From Verrucomicrobiota bacterium (GTDB lineage: Bacteria > Verrucomicrobiota > Verrucomicrobiia > Limisphaerales > UBA9464), in contig WBXI01000002.1 of the NCBI GenBank assembly GCA_008933025.1, positions 1 to 63,348 on the forward strand: DNA of 63,348 nucleotides. The letters run 5' to 3'. Each line of letters begins with the position of its first letter. The stretch's first letter is position 1. Below the pieces are notes generated by a model. It was not told where the DNA came from, ran no database searches, and was given only the letters and a program-made list of their open reading frames with translations. A program made the translations under genes and the position numbers. Shown piece by piece: positions 17,843 through 28,040 of the stretch.

Positions 17843-19198
17843 TCAGGCCGTCCAGCCGTGCCGGTACTTGCGACGGAGGAATTTCGTCGCTTCTTTCGCG
17901 CCGGTCGTGAACCGGAATTTCGGTCCGTCCCACACCAAGGGCACGCGCGCGCGGATGGCCACGTTGCCCAGCAGGATGGTCTCGGTGAGCAACGAGGCGT
18001 AGTCGAAATTCGAGAATGCCTTGGGACCGCCCCGGATCGCGGCGCCCCATTCGTCCTTCTGGCCTTGGTCGCCGCGTCCGTTGCGGGCCAGCGTCGGCGC
18101 CGGGCCTTCGTATCCCGCGAAGCGGTCGCCGGGCAAAAGCTTCCACGAGGCACCGTAATCGTTCGGGGAATACAGCACGCCCTTGTCGCCCACCATCAGG
18201 CTGCCGCTGCTCGTGGGCTTCTCGCCGTGGAACAGTTCCATCGGCGGCAGGTTCTTCGATCCGTCCGGCAGTTTGCCCTCGTACCAGTTGAACTTCACCG
18301 GGGCCCTCTGCCCGCGCGCCGGGAACTGGTAGCGCACCGTGGCCCATGCCGTGTGGGTTTCCGGATTCGGGGCCTCGCTCTCGGCCTGGATCGAGGTCGG
18401 GTAGTCCAATTCCAGGGCCATGAAAGCGAGGTTCGCCGTGTGGCAACCCATGTCGCCCAGGGCTCCGGTCCCGAAATCCTGCCAGCCGCGCCATTTGAAC
18501 GGGTGATAGGACGGGTGATAGGGCCGATCCGGCGCGGTGCCCAGAAACGCGTTCCAGTCCAGTTCCGCCGGCACCACCGGCTTTTCCGCCGGGCGGGCGA
18601 TCACCGACGGCGACTGCGGCCACTGCGGACGGTTGGTCCAGACATGCACCTCGCGGACGGTCCCGATCGCACCGGCGCGGAGCCATTCCACGCCCTTTCG
18701 CAACCCGTCCTCGGACGTGCCCTGGTTGCCCATCTGCGTCGCGACCTTGTGTTTCCGCGCGAGGTCGCGGAGCCAACGGGCCTCCCAGACGTCGTGCGTC
18801 AGCGGCTTTTGCACGTAGACATGCATGCCCCGCTCCATGGCGAGGGCCGCGGCCAACGCATGGTTGTGGTCCGGCGTGCTCACGGTCACGGCGTCGATCT
18901 TCCCGTCCATCGCGTCGAACATCTTCCGGAAATCCCGGAACTTGCGCGCGCCAGTCCATTTGGCCGCCTTCGGCGCCATCTGCCGGTCGTCGCAATCGCA
19001 CAGCGCCACCACGTCGCCGAGATTCGCGGCTTGGTCGATGTCGCTCGAACCCTTGCCACCGACGCCGACGCCGGCGATCCGGAGTCGGTCGTTGGCCCCG
19101 ATGGCCCGGGCCGGAAGGATGGTGAACGCGAGGGACGCGGCGGTCGCGGAACCGATGAAATCGCGGCGCGAGTAGGTGCGGGTGAAGGTGGGTCGCAT
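17843..19198 (-). CDS. Gfo/Idh/MocA-family oxidoreductase, Tat-exported
   Basis: ATG 19198 (the track start 19207 is TTG). Tat signal YSRRDFIGSATAASLAF. Rossmann motif LRIAGVGVGGKGSSD. Family block STPDHNHA...YVQKPL. Confidence 0.85.
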   Translation of the reverse strand: MRPTFTRTYSRRDFIGSATAASLAFTILPARAIGANDRLRIAGVGVGGKGSSDIDQAANLGDVVALCDCDDRQMAPKAAKWTGARKFRDFRKMFDAMDGKIDAVTVSTPDHNHALAAALAMERGMHVYVQKPLTHDVWEARWLRDLARKHKVATQMGNQGTSEDGLRKGVEWLRAGAIGTVREVHVWTNRPQWPQSPSVIARPAEKPVVPAELDWNAFLGTAPDRPYHPSYHPFKWRGWQDFGTGALGDMGCHTANLAFMALELDYPTSIQAESEAPNPETHTAWATVRYQFPARGQRAPVKFNWYEGKLPDGSKNLPPMELFHGEKPTSSGSLMVGDKGVLYSPNDYGASWKLLPGDRFAGYEGPAPTLARNGRGDQGQKDEWGAAIRGGPKAFSNFDYASLLTETILLGNVAIRARVPLVWDGPKFRFTTGAKEATKFLRRKYRHGWTA

Positions 19199-19385
19199 GG
19201 TGTGCAAATGTCTTCGGGAATTCGTGGGGCCCTGGATATTCCCCTTGGGCGGGGCATTTTCTCAAGCCCCCGTTTGGTGGAAAAGGCACGTGGGGCAACC
19301 CGCCGTCGGCGACGGAGGCGCCGCCCCGCAATCGTCCGCGCAGCGTCCTTGCACCCGCCTGCCGAGAACCCACGCTTCCGGCGCC

Positions 19386-19886
19386 ATGACGACTTCGCCA
19401 CCGGTCGATCCCGCGGTCCGCATCGGACACGTCCATCTCAGGGTCGCCGACCTCGAACGTGCGATCGGGTTTTACCGCGGGGTGCTCGGGTTCGAACTGA
19501 CCCAGCGCTTCGGTTCCAGCGCCGCGTTCCTTTCCGCCGGTGGCTACCATCACCACATCGGCCTCAACACGTGGGAGAGTCTCGGCGCGCCCCCGCCGCC
19601 GCCCCGTTCCACCGGCCTCTACCACCTCGCGATCCTATACCCGACCCGCGCGGCATTGGGCGACGCGCTCCGGCGGGTGCTGGACGCGGGAATCGAACTC
19701 GACGGCGCGGCGGACCACGGGGTGAGCGAAGCCATCTATCTCCGCGATCCCGACGGCAACGGCGTCGAGTTGTACCGTGACCGTCCGCCCGGCGAATGGC
19801 CGCGGAACCCCGATGGATCCCTGGCCATGATCACGGCGCCCATGGATCTCGGCGGTCTGCTGGACGCCGCATCGCGCCGATCCTGA
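19386..19886 (+). CDS. VOC-family (glyoxalase/extradiol-dioxygenase-like) protein
   Basis: ATG 19386 inside ORF 19176..19886. IGHVHLRVADLERAIGFYRGVLGFEL, HHHIGLN and EAIYLRDPDGNGVELY are typical VOC metal-ligand blocks. Confidence 0.8.
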   Translation: MTTSPPVDPAVRIGHVHLRVADLERAIGFYRGVLGFELTQRFGSSAAFLSAGGYHHHIGLNTWESLGAPPPPPRSTGLYHLAILYPTRAALGDALRRVLDAGIELDGAADHGVSEAIYLRDPDGNGVELYRDRPPGEWPRNPDGSLAMITAPMDLGGLLDAASRRS

Positions 19887-19898
19887 CCCCACGGCGCG

Positions 19899-22682
19899 TC
19901 ACACGCCCGGCGTGGCCACCACGCCCTTTTTCCCTCCCGACAGCTCGATCAAATCGAGAAGGATCCGCTCTGCCTCCCGCAAATGGACGTCGAGCGCGGT
20001 GCTGGGCTCCGCATCGGGTTCATCGTCGTCGTCGGACGAGGCGTGGGGACGCGTCGGCGCGGCCTCGGCGTCGGCTTTGGCGGCGGCATCCTTGGCGAGA
20101 AGGCGGAGGTCGCCGCGGCTGGTGGCCACGACATTGGAACGGGTCAACGGCGACGGAAGACCGGGCTTGTCCACGATTTTCAGGGTGATCTCGTAGGTCT
20201 TGGGATCCTTCTCGCCGCGGGCGGCGAGCTCCTTCTTGCGCGCCTCGGCGCGTGCCTTGTCGGCATCGCGTTCGCGGAGCCGCTGCGAGAGATTCAGCGC
20301 GATGGACTTCTCGGCCTGCCGTTTGCCGTAGAGGTCCATGTCCTCGCGCACGTAGGCCCAGTCGCGATCGCTGGCGATCCGATTCGACGAGCGACCCATC
20401 AGTTGGGCGAGGTGGGGTTGGATGCGGTTGAGTTTCTCGTACTCGGCCGGGGGGATGGTGTCCCACGGCAGGGCGTTGGTGAGCGAGGATTCGCCGACCT
20501 CGAGCAGGTTGTTGACGCTGGGCAGGACGACGTCGGGGACCACGCCCTTGAGCTGGGTGGATTCGCCGCTGGCGCGATAGAACTTGCGGATCGTCAGCTT
20601 GACCGCGCCGGGGTTGATGCCGGTGTCGGGAAGGAACATGCCGAGTTCCTGGATGGTCTGGACGGTGCCTTTGCCGTGGGTGCTGGTGTCGCCGACGATG
20701 ATGGCGCGGCCATAATCCTGGAGGGCACCGGCCACGATCTCCGAGGCCGACGCGCTGAAGCGGCTCGTCAGCACCATCAGCGGACCGTCGTAGAGCACCG
20801 AGGGATCGCGGTCCTCGTCCTGCATTACCCGGCCGCTGGACTCCTTCACCTGGACGACGGGGCCGGTCTTGATGAACAGGCCGGTGAGATTGATGGCTTC
20901 CTCGAGCGAACCGCCGCCATTGCGGCGCAGGTCGAGGACGATGCCCTCGGCTTTCTCCGCGGTGAGCTTCCTGACGAGCCGGGAGACGTCCGCCGTGGTG
21001 CTCTTCTTGACGCTCGACCGGCCGGCGGAACCGACGGGGAAGGACGCATAGAACGACGGCAGGTCGATGACGCCCACGCGCCGCACGCGCCCATCGGGGC
21101 CGGGCAACTCGACGAGGCGGGCCTTGGCCTCGCTGTCCTCGAGCTTCACCTCGTCGCGGACGATCGACACCAGCTTGCGCGCGGAACTGTCGCCCCCCGC
21201 GGGAACGACCGTGAGACGGACCCTGGTCCCCTTCGGCCCGCGGATCTGGTCGACGACCTTCTTGAGTTTCTCGTCGACGATGTCGACCCATTCCCCGTCG
21301 TCGCCCTGCGCGACGGCGACGATCTTGTCGCCGACCTCGATCTGCCGGCTCTTTGCCGCGGGGCTGCCGGGAACGACGTTCCGGATGACCGTGTATCCGT
21401 CCTCGGACTGGAGCGTGGCGCCGATGCCGAAAAGGGTCAGGCCCATCTGGATCGAGAACGAATCCAGCTCGCTCTTCCCGAAGTAATCCGAGTGCGGATC
21501 GTAGGAATGGGCGAGGGCATCGAGGTAGATCTGGAGCACCTCGTCGGGTTCGTACTGCTTGAGGGTGCGGAGCGTGCGGTTGTAGCGGCGGGTGAGCTTT
21601 TCGACGGTCTCCTTCTCGCGCTCGGCGGGCAGCTTTTCGGCGAGATAGGCGGCCAGATTGGCGCGCGAGGTCCATTTGCCCGTCTCGACCATGGAAACCA
21701 CCACCTTCGCGTGTTCCTTGCCGACGATGGCCTCGAGTTCGGCGACGACGTTGGTGGCGAGCGGCCCCTTGAATCCTTCCGGCAAGTGGCCCGCGGCGGC
21801 GGCCTCGCCGAATCCCACGGCCCTGCGCCAAATGCCGGATGCGATCGCGTTGACCTCCGCCGCGTTGGTGCCCGCCTTCTTTTCCGAAAGGAACCCGACC
21901 AAGTCCCCGAACTTGGTCCATTTGCCGCCGGATATCTTCTCGTCGATCGCATGGGCATCGGCCTTGCCGACGATCGATTCCAGATCGGAGACCGTGGCTC
22001 GGTCGAGGGATCCGCGCCGTCCGCGCGGCAACTTGGCGATGGTGGCGGCATCGATGCCGAAAACGATCTTCCGCCACGCATTGGTGGCGAGCACCGGGAT
22101 GTCGGTCTGGTTCAGTTTCTCGGACAGGATCTCGTACCGGAGGCGGTCCCTCCACAGCCGCCTCGCGTCCGCCAGATCCCTCGGCCGGGGCTCGTCCTTG
22201 CGATTGATCGATACCCGGTCATTGCCGTCGAACGCGAACCGCTCGTGGCCGAGCATCGAGTTGACGAGGACGTACTGCAGGTCGAAGCGCTGGAGGAAAC
22301 GGTTGAAGATGTCGTAGGCCGGTTGGACGTCCTTCTCGTTCATCGTCAATTCGTCCAGATGGGTGCGGTATTTGGCGGAGAACTCGTCGTAGTCCGACTG
22401 GAAGAAATACATCTTCTGCGGGTCGAGTGCCTCGATGTAGCGGTCGAACAACCGGGCGCTGATCTCGTCCCGGAACTTCATCTTCGAGAAGTGGTATCGC
22501 TCGAGGGAACGGGCGGCGATCTGGGCGATGGTACCCGCGCCGTCGGGCGGGCCGAGGACGAGGGAGTTGGTGAATCTCGAGATGTCCGCGGTCTTTTCGG
22601 CCGGGGCCACTGCCTGCGGGGACTCCGCCGCCACCCGGACCAGCAGGAGGAAGGCGGACAGCCAAGGCAACAGCAACTTCAT
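19899..22682 (-). CDS. prc: tail-specific (C-terminal processing) protease, S41 family
   Basis: ATG 22682 (MKLLLPWLSAFLLLVRVAAES signal) inside ORF 19899..23093. PDZ segment (GIGATLQSEDGYTVIRNVVPGSPAAKS). S41 catalytic block SRFSASASEIVAGALQDYGRAIIVGDTSTHGKGTVQ. Long Prc-type C-terminal extension. Confidence 0.9.
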   Translation of the reverse strand: MKLLLPWLSAFLLLVRVAAESPQAVAPAEKTADISRFTNSLVLGPPDGAGTIAQIAARSLERYHFSKMKFRDEISARLFDRYIEALDPQKMYFFQSDYDEFSAKYRTHLDELTMNEKDVQPAYDIFNRFLQRFDLQYVLVNSMLGHERFAFDGNDRVSINRKDEPRPRDLADARRLWRDRLRYEILSEKLNQTDIPVLATNAWRKIVFGIDAATIAKLPRGRRGSLDRATVSDLESIVGKADAHAIDEKISGGKWTKFGDLVGFLSEKKAGTNAAEVNAIASGIWRRAVGFGEAAAAGHLPEGFKGPLATNVVAELEAIVGKEHAKVVVSMVETGKWTSRANLAAYLAEKLPAEREKETVEKLTRRYNRTLRTLKQYEPDEVLQIYLDALAHSYDPHSDYFGKSELDSFSIQMGLTLFGIGATLQSEDGYTVIRNVVPGSPAAKSRQIEVGDKIVAVAQGDDGEWVDIVDEKLKKVVDQIRGPKGTRVRLTVVPAGGDSSARKLVSIVRDEVKLEDSEAKARLVELPGPDGRVRRVGVIDLPSFYASFPVGSAGRSSVKKSTTADVSRLVRKLTAEKAEGIVLDLRRNGGGSLEEAINLTGLFIKTGPVVQVKESSGRVMQDEDRDPSVLYDGPLMVLTSRFSASASEIVAGALQDYGRAIIVGDTSTHGKGTVQTIQELGMFLPDTGINPGAVKLTIRKFYRASGESTQLKGVVPDVVLPSVNNLLEVGESSLTNALPWDTIPPAEYEKLNRIQPHLAQLMGRSSNRIASDRDWAYVREDMDLYGKRQAEKSIALNLSQRLRERDADKARAEARKKELAARGEKDPKTYEITLKIVDKPGLPSPLTRSNVVATSRGDLRLLAKDAAAKADAEAAPTRPHASSDDDDEPDAEPSTALDVHLREAERILLDLIELSGGKKGVVATPGV
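21633..22079 (-). repeat. tandem ~67-aa intragenic duplication inside prc
   Basis: Prc aa 202-268 (AWRKIVFGIDAATIAKLPRG...GKWTKFGDLVGFLSEK) and aa 284-350 (IWRRAVGFGEAAAAGHLPEG...GKWTSRANLAAYLAEK) align without gaps, with 26/67 identities counted by hand. Confidence 0.6.
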
Positions 22683-22688
22683 GCCGCC

Positions 22689-22717
22689 AGTATGAACCCT
22701 CGCCGCATGCCTGCCAA
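22689..22717 (-). promoter_or_regulatory. sigma70-like promoter, probable leaderless start of prc
   Basis: On the minus strand: TTGGCA (22717-22712), 17 nt, CATACT (22694-22689), 6 nt, ATG 22682. Confidence 0.3.
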
Positions 22718-22825
22718 ACCGGGAGTTTTGGTACTCGGACACGGGATTGGGACCACCCGCCCGCCGCGCCGTTGAAACTTCCCCGAAGATTTCCGGACGC
22801 GGACACGTCCCGCCCCCCGGGGGGC

Positions 22826-24085
22826 TCAGGTCGTCGCGGGAGATTCGGCGGCCACGGGTTCTTTGCGGCGCCAAACGTAACGGAACATGATCACCCGCAA
22901 TGCCGCCGTGGCGGGAATCGCCAGCAATCCACCGAGCACGCCGCCCAGCAAGGTGGTCCCGACCATCACGGCGATGATGATGGTGAGCGGGTGGAGGCCG
23001 ACGCGATCCCCCATGATCTTCGGGGAGATGACGAGGGCCTCGAGGGTCTGGACGATGCCGAACACCGCGAGGACGGCGGCGGGCAGATGCCAACTGCCGG
23101 TGGCGGCGAACGCGACCACGACGGCGGTCCCGCAGGTGGTGATGGCGCCGATGAACGGGATCATGGTCAGCGCCGTGGCCATGGCGCCGATGAGGAACGC
23201 ATAGGGAAGGCCGATGATCAGGAAGCCCAGAGTGTACAGGATGCCGTCCGACAGGGCCACGAGCACCTGGCTACGGAAGAACACGATGAGGTAGTCGTTG
23301 ATCGCGCGGATGCAGAACACGATCTCCTCCTTGTACCACGAGGTGCGGACGGGGAGGTATTCGGTCCACTGCCGCTCGATGCCGCGTTTCTCGAGGAGGA
23401 AGTGGAAGGCATACACGGGGATCAGGCACAACCCCACGACGATGCCGAACCAGGAACCGACCCGGGACACCTGGCCGGACACCCAGGAACCGAACACGCC
23501 GAGGAAATCGCCGATCCAACCGGTGAACGACCGGATGGTCTCGGACGAGATATCCGGCATGCGGGAGCCGGGCGCTTGAGGCGCGGGGCCGCGCGGGGCG
23601 GGCGCGTCGTTGTTCAGGGACAATTCGGGCAACGCGTTGGTCGAGCGGCCAAAGATGGCGCGCACCTTGAGGATCTTGCGGACGGCGACGGGCGGGTTGG
23701 TGGCCCAGAAATCCAGGCGTTGCTGGATTTTCTGGGTGTAGGCGGGAACCCGCTCGACGAACAGGCGCGCCTCGCCGAACACCTGCGGCAGGAGACTGGA
23801 GAAGAAGCCCGCGACGATCAGCAGCGCCATGACGAACACCAACGCGATGGCACGGACCCTGGGAATGCGCCGGGCGACCATCCAATCGACCACCGGATCG
23901 AGGAGGTAGGCGATCACGCCGCCCACGGCCAGCGGCCAGAGCACCGGGGCCAGGAGTCGCAGCGCCTGCCCGAATCCCCATACCACCAGCACCACGAGGC
24001 CCCCCATTGCCACGAGCGCGAGGGCGGTCAGGGAAAACCAGATGATCCGCGCCTGTTGGGGGCTGGGAGGTGGCAGGGCGTTCAT
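22826..24085 (-). CDS. AI-2E family transporter (PerM/UPF0118)
   Basis: ATG 24085. It has 8 or so TM helices and family-typical blocks (LLPVLWPLAVGGVIAYLLDPVV; IPFIGAITT; LVISPKIMGDRVGLHPL). Confidence 0.85.
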   Translation of the reverse strand: MNALPPPSPQQARIIWFSLTALALVAMGGLVVLVVWGFGQALRLLAPVLWPLAVGGVIAYLLDPVVDWMVARRIPRVRAIALVFVMALLIVAGFFSSLLPQVFGEARLFVERVPAYTQKIQQRLDFWATNPPVAVRKILKVRAIFGRSTNALPELSLNNDAPAPRGPAPQAPGSRMPDISSETIRSFTGWIGDFLGVFGSWVSGQVSRVGSWFGIVVGLCLIPVYAFHFLLEKRGIERQWTEYLPVRTSWYKEEIVFCIRAINDYLIVFFRSQVLVALSDGILYTLGFLIIGLPYAFLIGAMATALTMIPFIGAITTCGTAVVVAFAATGSWHLPAAVLAVFGIVQTLEALVISPKIMGDRVGLHPLTIIIAVMVGTTLLGGVLGGLLAIPATAALRVIMFRYVWRRKEPVAAESPATT

Positions 24086-24101
24086 GAAAATGCCGCGGGG
24101 A

Positions 24102-24914
24102 TCAGGCCATCTTGCGGGCTTTGTCGGCGGCGGCGCGGACGGCGGTGATCAGCGCGGCCCGAAGGCCGGCCTTTTCCAGTTCGTGCACCGCCTCGATCGT
24201 CGTGCCGCCGGGACTGCATACCGCGTCTTTCAAGGCGCCCGGGTGTTCGCCCGTCTCGAGGACCATTTTCGCCGCCCCGAGCAACGTCTGGGCCGCGAGC
24301 CGTTGCGCCGTGTACCGCGGCAACCCCGCCGCCACGCCGCCGTCCGCCATGGCCTCGATCATCAGGAAAGCGTAGGCCGGGCCGGACCCGCTCAGACCCG
24401 TCACCGCATCGAGCAACTTCTCGGGCACCTCGATCGCCAGCCCCACGCTTCCCAGCAATCGTTGCGCGAGCAACCCGTCCTCGCGCGTGGCGCTCCGGCC
24501 CGTCGCGTAGGCCGACGCGCTTGCCCCCACCAGCGCCGGCGTGTTCGGCATCACCCGGATCACCCGCGTGCCGCCGGGCACCGCCGCCTCCAGCTTCGCC
24601 AACGGCACCCCCGCGGCGATCGACACCACCAGGTGTGCCGGGGTGATCTTCGGCGAGATTTCCGCCATCAGCGCGGCCACTTGGGCCGGTTTCACCGAGA
24701 CGAAGAGGATGTCCGCCGCATCCACGACCTCGGCATTCGACGGCGTCGAACGCGCGCCGGTGGAGCGCGCGAATGCCTCGCGGGCACCCGGCACGGGATC
24801 GCTCGACGACAAGCCCGCGGGCGTGACCAATCCGGCGCCGATGAAACCGCGCGCCAACGCGGTCGCCATCTTCCCGGCGCCGAGGAATCCGATTCTCAAC
24901 GTGGACATTTGCAT
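24102..24914 (-). CDS. proC: pyrroline-5-carboxylate reductase
   Basis: MQMSTLRIGFLGAGKMATALARG (Rossmann), RVMPNTPALVG, GSGPAYAFLMIEAMADGGV and SPGGTTI motifs. The upstream part of ORF 24102..25343 is read-through. Alternative ATG at 24908. Confidence 0.9.
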   Translation of the reverse strand: MQMSTLRIGFLGAGKMATALARGFIGAGLVTPAGLSSSDPVPGAREAFARSTGARSTPSNAEVVDAADILFVSVKPAQVAALMAEISPKITPAHLVVSIAAGVPLAKLEAAVPGGTRVIRVMPNTPALVGASASAYATGRSATREDGLLAQRLLGSVGLAIEVPEKLLDAVTGLSGSGPAYAFLMIEAMADGGVAAGLPRYTAQRLAAQTLLGAAKMVLETGEHPGALKDAVCSPGGTTIEAVHELEKAGLRAALITAVRAAADKARKMA

Positions 24915-24994
24915 TGGGGTACCACCGAGGCCGGGCGGGGGCCAGTCATCAGTGTTCGGCCGGCCGTCGGCGGCCGACGCGCCACCGCCCCCGG

Positions 24995-26113
24995 TCACCC
25001 GAGCTTCCACCGGAAACGCAGCGCGCAAAGCACGAACAGGATGCCGCCCATGCCGGCCAGCACGCCGAGGTGCGGCGCCACGTCCGCCAGCGTCGCCCCG
25101 CGCAACACCACCCCGCGCGCCGTCTCGATGAAATACGTCGTCGGCAGGCACGCCCCGATCGCCCGGAAAACCACGGGCATGGTGTCGCGCGGGAAGATGA
25201 AGCCGCTGAAGAACACCGATGGCATCACGAACACCATGCTGAATTGCAGCGCCTGCATCTGGTTTTGCGCGCGGGTCGAGATCAACAACCCCAGCACCAG
25301 CAACGCGAACAGGTACAGCAAGGTCGCCAATGCCAGCACCCACGGGCTTCCCGCGATCGGCACGTCGAACAATCCCGACATGATCGCGAACAACGCGAAG
25401 GCCATGACCCCGCTGATCAGCAGGTAGGGAACGAGTTTTCCCAGCAGCAATCCCCAGCGCCGCAGCGGGCTCACGAACAACTGCTCGAGCGTCCCCCGCT
25501 CGCGCTCGCGCACCAGGCTCATCGCCGTCGCGAAAGTCGTCGCGATCTGCAGCACCACGCCGATGACCCCCGGCACGAAGAAATTCGGGCTGCGCATGGC
25601 GGGGTTGAACAGGATCTGCGGCCGCACCTCGAACGGCAGCTCGCGCACGCCGGCCGCCGATGCCAGCCGTTCCATCGATTCCCGCAGCGCCAGCGCCACC
25701 GCCGTGTTCAGCGCGCTCCCCGCCACGCTCGAGTTCGAGCCGTCCACCAGCACCTGCAACCGCGCCGTCCGTCCCGCCTCCAGGTCCCGCGCGAACCCCG
25801 GCGGGATGTCGATGCCCACGTAGACCCGGCCCTTCCGCACCGCCGCCGCCAGTTCCTCCGCGCTCCCCACCCGTTCCACGATGCGGAAGGTGTCCGTGTT
25901 GACGAACCGTTCCACGATCCGGCGGCTTTCCACCGTCCGGTCCTCGTCCAGCAATGCGGTCCGCATCCGCCGCACGTCCGTCTCCAGCGCGTACCCGAAC
26001 GCCACCATCTCCAGCACCGGCGGGAACAGCATCAGGAACAGCGTGAACGGATCCCGCAACACCACCAGGAACTCCTTGTACAGGATCGCCCGGAATCCCC
26101 TGAAGACACTCAT
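24995..26113 (-). CDS. ABC-2 type transporter permease
   Basis: ATG 26113 (MSVFRGFRAILYKEFLVVLRDPFTL). It has a large periplasmic loop followed by 5 TM helices, i.e. YhhJ/YbhR-like topology. The start overlaps the ATPase stop (ATGA, 26110-26113). Confidence 0.85.
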   Translation of the reverse strand: MSVFRGFRAILYKEFLVVLRDPFTLFLMLFPPVLEMVAFGYALETDVRRMRTALLDEDRTVESRRIVERFVNTDTFRIVERVGSAEELAAAVRKGRVYVGIDIPPGFARDLEAGRTARLQVLVDGSNSSVAGSALNTAVALALRESMERLASAAGVRELPFEVRPQILFNPAMRSPNFFVPGVIGVVLQIATTFATAMSLVRERERGTLEQLFVSPLRRWGLLLGKLVPYLLISGVMAFALFAIMSGLFDVPIAGSPWVLALATLLYLFALLVLGLLISTRAQNQMQALQFSMVFVMPSVFFSGFIFPRDTMPVVFRAIGACLPTTYFIETARGVVLRGATLADVAPHLGVLAGMGGILFVLCALRFRWKLG

Positions 26114-27084
26114 CGGCCGCCTCCGTTCGCCCGGTCGGTCAACGCCACGAAAACGTCCTCCAGCGTCGGTCCGGTGGGTCGCACGTCCACCATGCCGATC
26201 CCCGCCGCCCCGAGCGACGCCCGCACCGCGCCGTCCGTCACCGTGGCGTCCACCAGGAGGTTCATCGATTGCCCAAAGGCCGTGGCAGAGCGGACCCCGG
26301 GCAACCCTCGGAGCACGCGGAGCCCGGCCGTCGCGTGGTCGCACGCCACCTCGATGCGGCGCGTCCCGGCCGGATTCACTTCCGGCAACCGCTTCAGGTC
26401 GTCCGGCAACCCGGACACGATCAGGCGCGACAGGTGGATGTAGCCCACCTTCGAACAACGCTCCGCCTCGTCCATGTAGTGCGTCGTCACGAACAGCGTC
26501 ATTCCCCGCGCCGCGAAATCGAACAGGAGGCCCCACAATTCCCGGCGCGCCACCGGGTCGATGCCGGCCGTGGGTTCGTCGAGGAACAACACCGCCGGCT
26601 CGTGCACCAGCGCGCAGGCCATGGCCAGCCGCTGCCGCCAACCACCCGACAGCAACGCGGCGCGCCGGTCCAGGTACGGCGCCAGGTGCGTGAGCGCGAC
26701 CAATTCGTCGAACCGGCGCCGCAGTGCCGCGCCGTGGAACCCGTAGAGTCGCCCGTAAAACGACAGGTTCTCCCGCGCCGTCAACTCGTCGTAGAGCGAG
26801 AACTTCTGCGACATGTAGCCGATCAGCGGTTTCATCCGCTCCGGTTCCCGCGCCACGTCGAAGCCACCCACCCGCGCCGTCCCCCCGCTCGGCTCCAGCA
26901 GCGCGCACAGCATCCGGATCACCGTCGATTTCCCCGACCCGTTCGGCCCGAGGAAACCGAAGATCTCGCCGCGCCCCACCGAGAAGGTCACGTCGTCCAC
27001 CGCCGTGAACTTCCCGAACCGCCGGGTGAGCCCCGCGCACTCGATCATCGGGCCGTCCATCGCGTTGGTGTTGCCGGCGCTCAT
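26110..27084 (-). CDS. ABC transporter ATP-binding protein
   Basis: ATG 27084. Walker A GPNGSGKST, signature LSGGWRQRL, Walker B LFLDEPTAGID. The start overlaps the HlyD stop (ATGA, 27081-27084). Confidence 0.9.
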   Translation of the reverse strand: MSAGNTNAMDGPMIECAGLTRRFGKFTAVDDVTFSVGRGEIFGFLGPNGSGKSTVIRMLCALLEPSGGTARVGGFDVAREPERMKPLIGYMSQKFSLYDELTARENLSFYGRLYGFHGAALRRRFDELVALTHLAPYLDRRAALLSGGWRQRLAMACALVHEPAVLFLDEPTAGIDPVARRELWGLLFDFAARGMTLFVTTHYMDEAERCSKVGYIHLSRLIVSGLPDDLKRLPEVNPAGTRRIEVACDHATAGLRVLRGLPGVRSATAFGQSMNLLVDATVTDGAVRASLGAAGIGMVDVRPTGPTLEDVFVALTDRANGGGR

Positions 27085-28040
27085 GGCCGCGTGTGCCGAC
27101 CCGTGGTTTCGGCCGGCACGCCGGGAAAGCGCGCGTCCACCGACATCCCCGCGCGCAGCGCACCGTCTTCGGCCGGGAGGGCGATCTTGATGCCGAACAC
27201 CTGCTGCACGCGCTCGGCCGGGGTCTGGACGTTGCGCGGCGTGAACTCCGCCTCCCGTGCCACCTGATCGACGCGACCCTTGAAAACCCGCTCCGGAAAA
27301 GCATCCGCACGCACCTCCGCGGAGTCCCCCGGATGCAGGTGGCCGATCCACGGCTGCGGCACGTAGACACGGACCCAAAGCCGGCCCGACGGCAGCAGGG
27401 TCGCCACCTCCCGGTTCGGCGCGACCAGATCGCCCTCCTTGGCGGGGAGTGTCTCGACCACCGCGTTGGTGGGCGCGACGACGCGAAGTTCGCCGAGATG
27501 CGCGTCGAGTTCGCGCAGGCGCGCGCGGGCTTGGAGGAGGCGTTCCCGACGGGTTCCCGCGAGCAGCAGGTCGAGTCGGCTCTGCGCCGCGGCCAACGAC
27601 TTTCCGGCCGACCGGGACCGGGCCTCGCCCCGGTCCAGTTCCGAGGGCGTCGCCACGCCCTCCTTGGCGAGCCTCCGGACGCGCCGGACATCGGCGTCGG
27701 CCAGTTCGGCATCGGCCCGTATCGCGGCCAACTCGGCGCGCGCGACGGCGAGTTCCTCGGGACGCGCCCCGGCCTCGAGTTCGGCGAGTTGCGCGGCGGC
27801 CTGTTCCCGGAGTGCCGGCAATTCCGGCGCCTCCAGCTCCGCGATCAGTTGGCCCGACCGCACGGCGTCGCCCTCGCGCACCGCCAGGCGCACGATCCGC
27901 CCGCCGTGCCGGGAGCCGACGCGCACCACGTCGGACTCGACCGTGCCCGACGCCCAGCCGGACCGGTCGTCGCGACGGCAGCCGGCCACCGAGCCGGCGA
28001 ACAGGAGCGCAAGCAGGAGCGAAGGGAAACCACGGGGCAT
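27081..28040 (-). CDS. HlyD-family membrane-fusion lipoprotein
   Basis: ATG 28040. Lipobox SVAGC. Lipoyl-like hairpin (GRIVRLAVREGDAVRSGQLIAELE), a coiled-coil middle and a beta-barrel end (GMSVDARF). Confidence 0.85.
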   Translation of the reverse strand: MPRGFPSLLLALLFAGSVAGCRRDDRSGWASGTVESDVVRVGSRHGGRIVRLAVREGDAVRSGQLIAELEAPELPALREQAAAQLAELEAGARPEELAVARAELAAIRADAELADADVRRVRRLAKEGVATPSELDRGEARSRSAGKSLAAAQSRLDLLLAGTRRERLLQARARLRELDAHLGELRVVAPTNAVVETLPAKEGDLVAPNREVATLLPSGRLWVRVYVPQPWIGHLHPGDSAEVRADAFPERVFKGRVDQVAREAEFTPRNVQTPAERVQQVFGIKIALPAEDGALRAGMSVDARFPGVPAETTGRHTRP

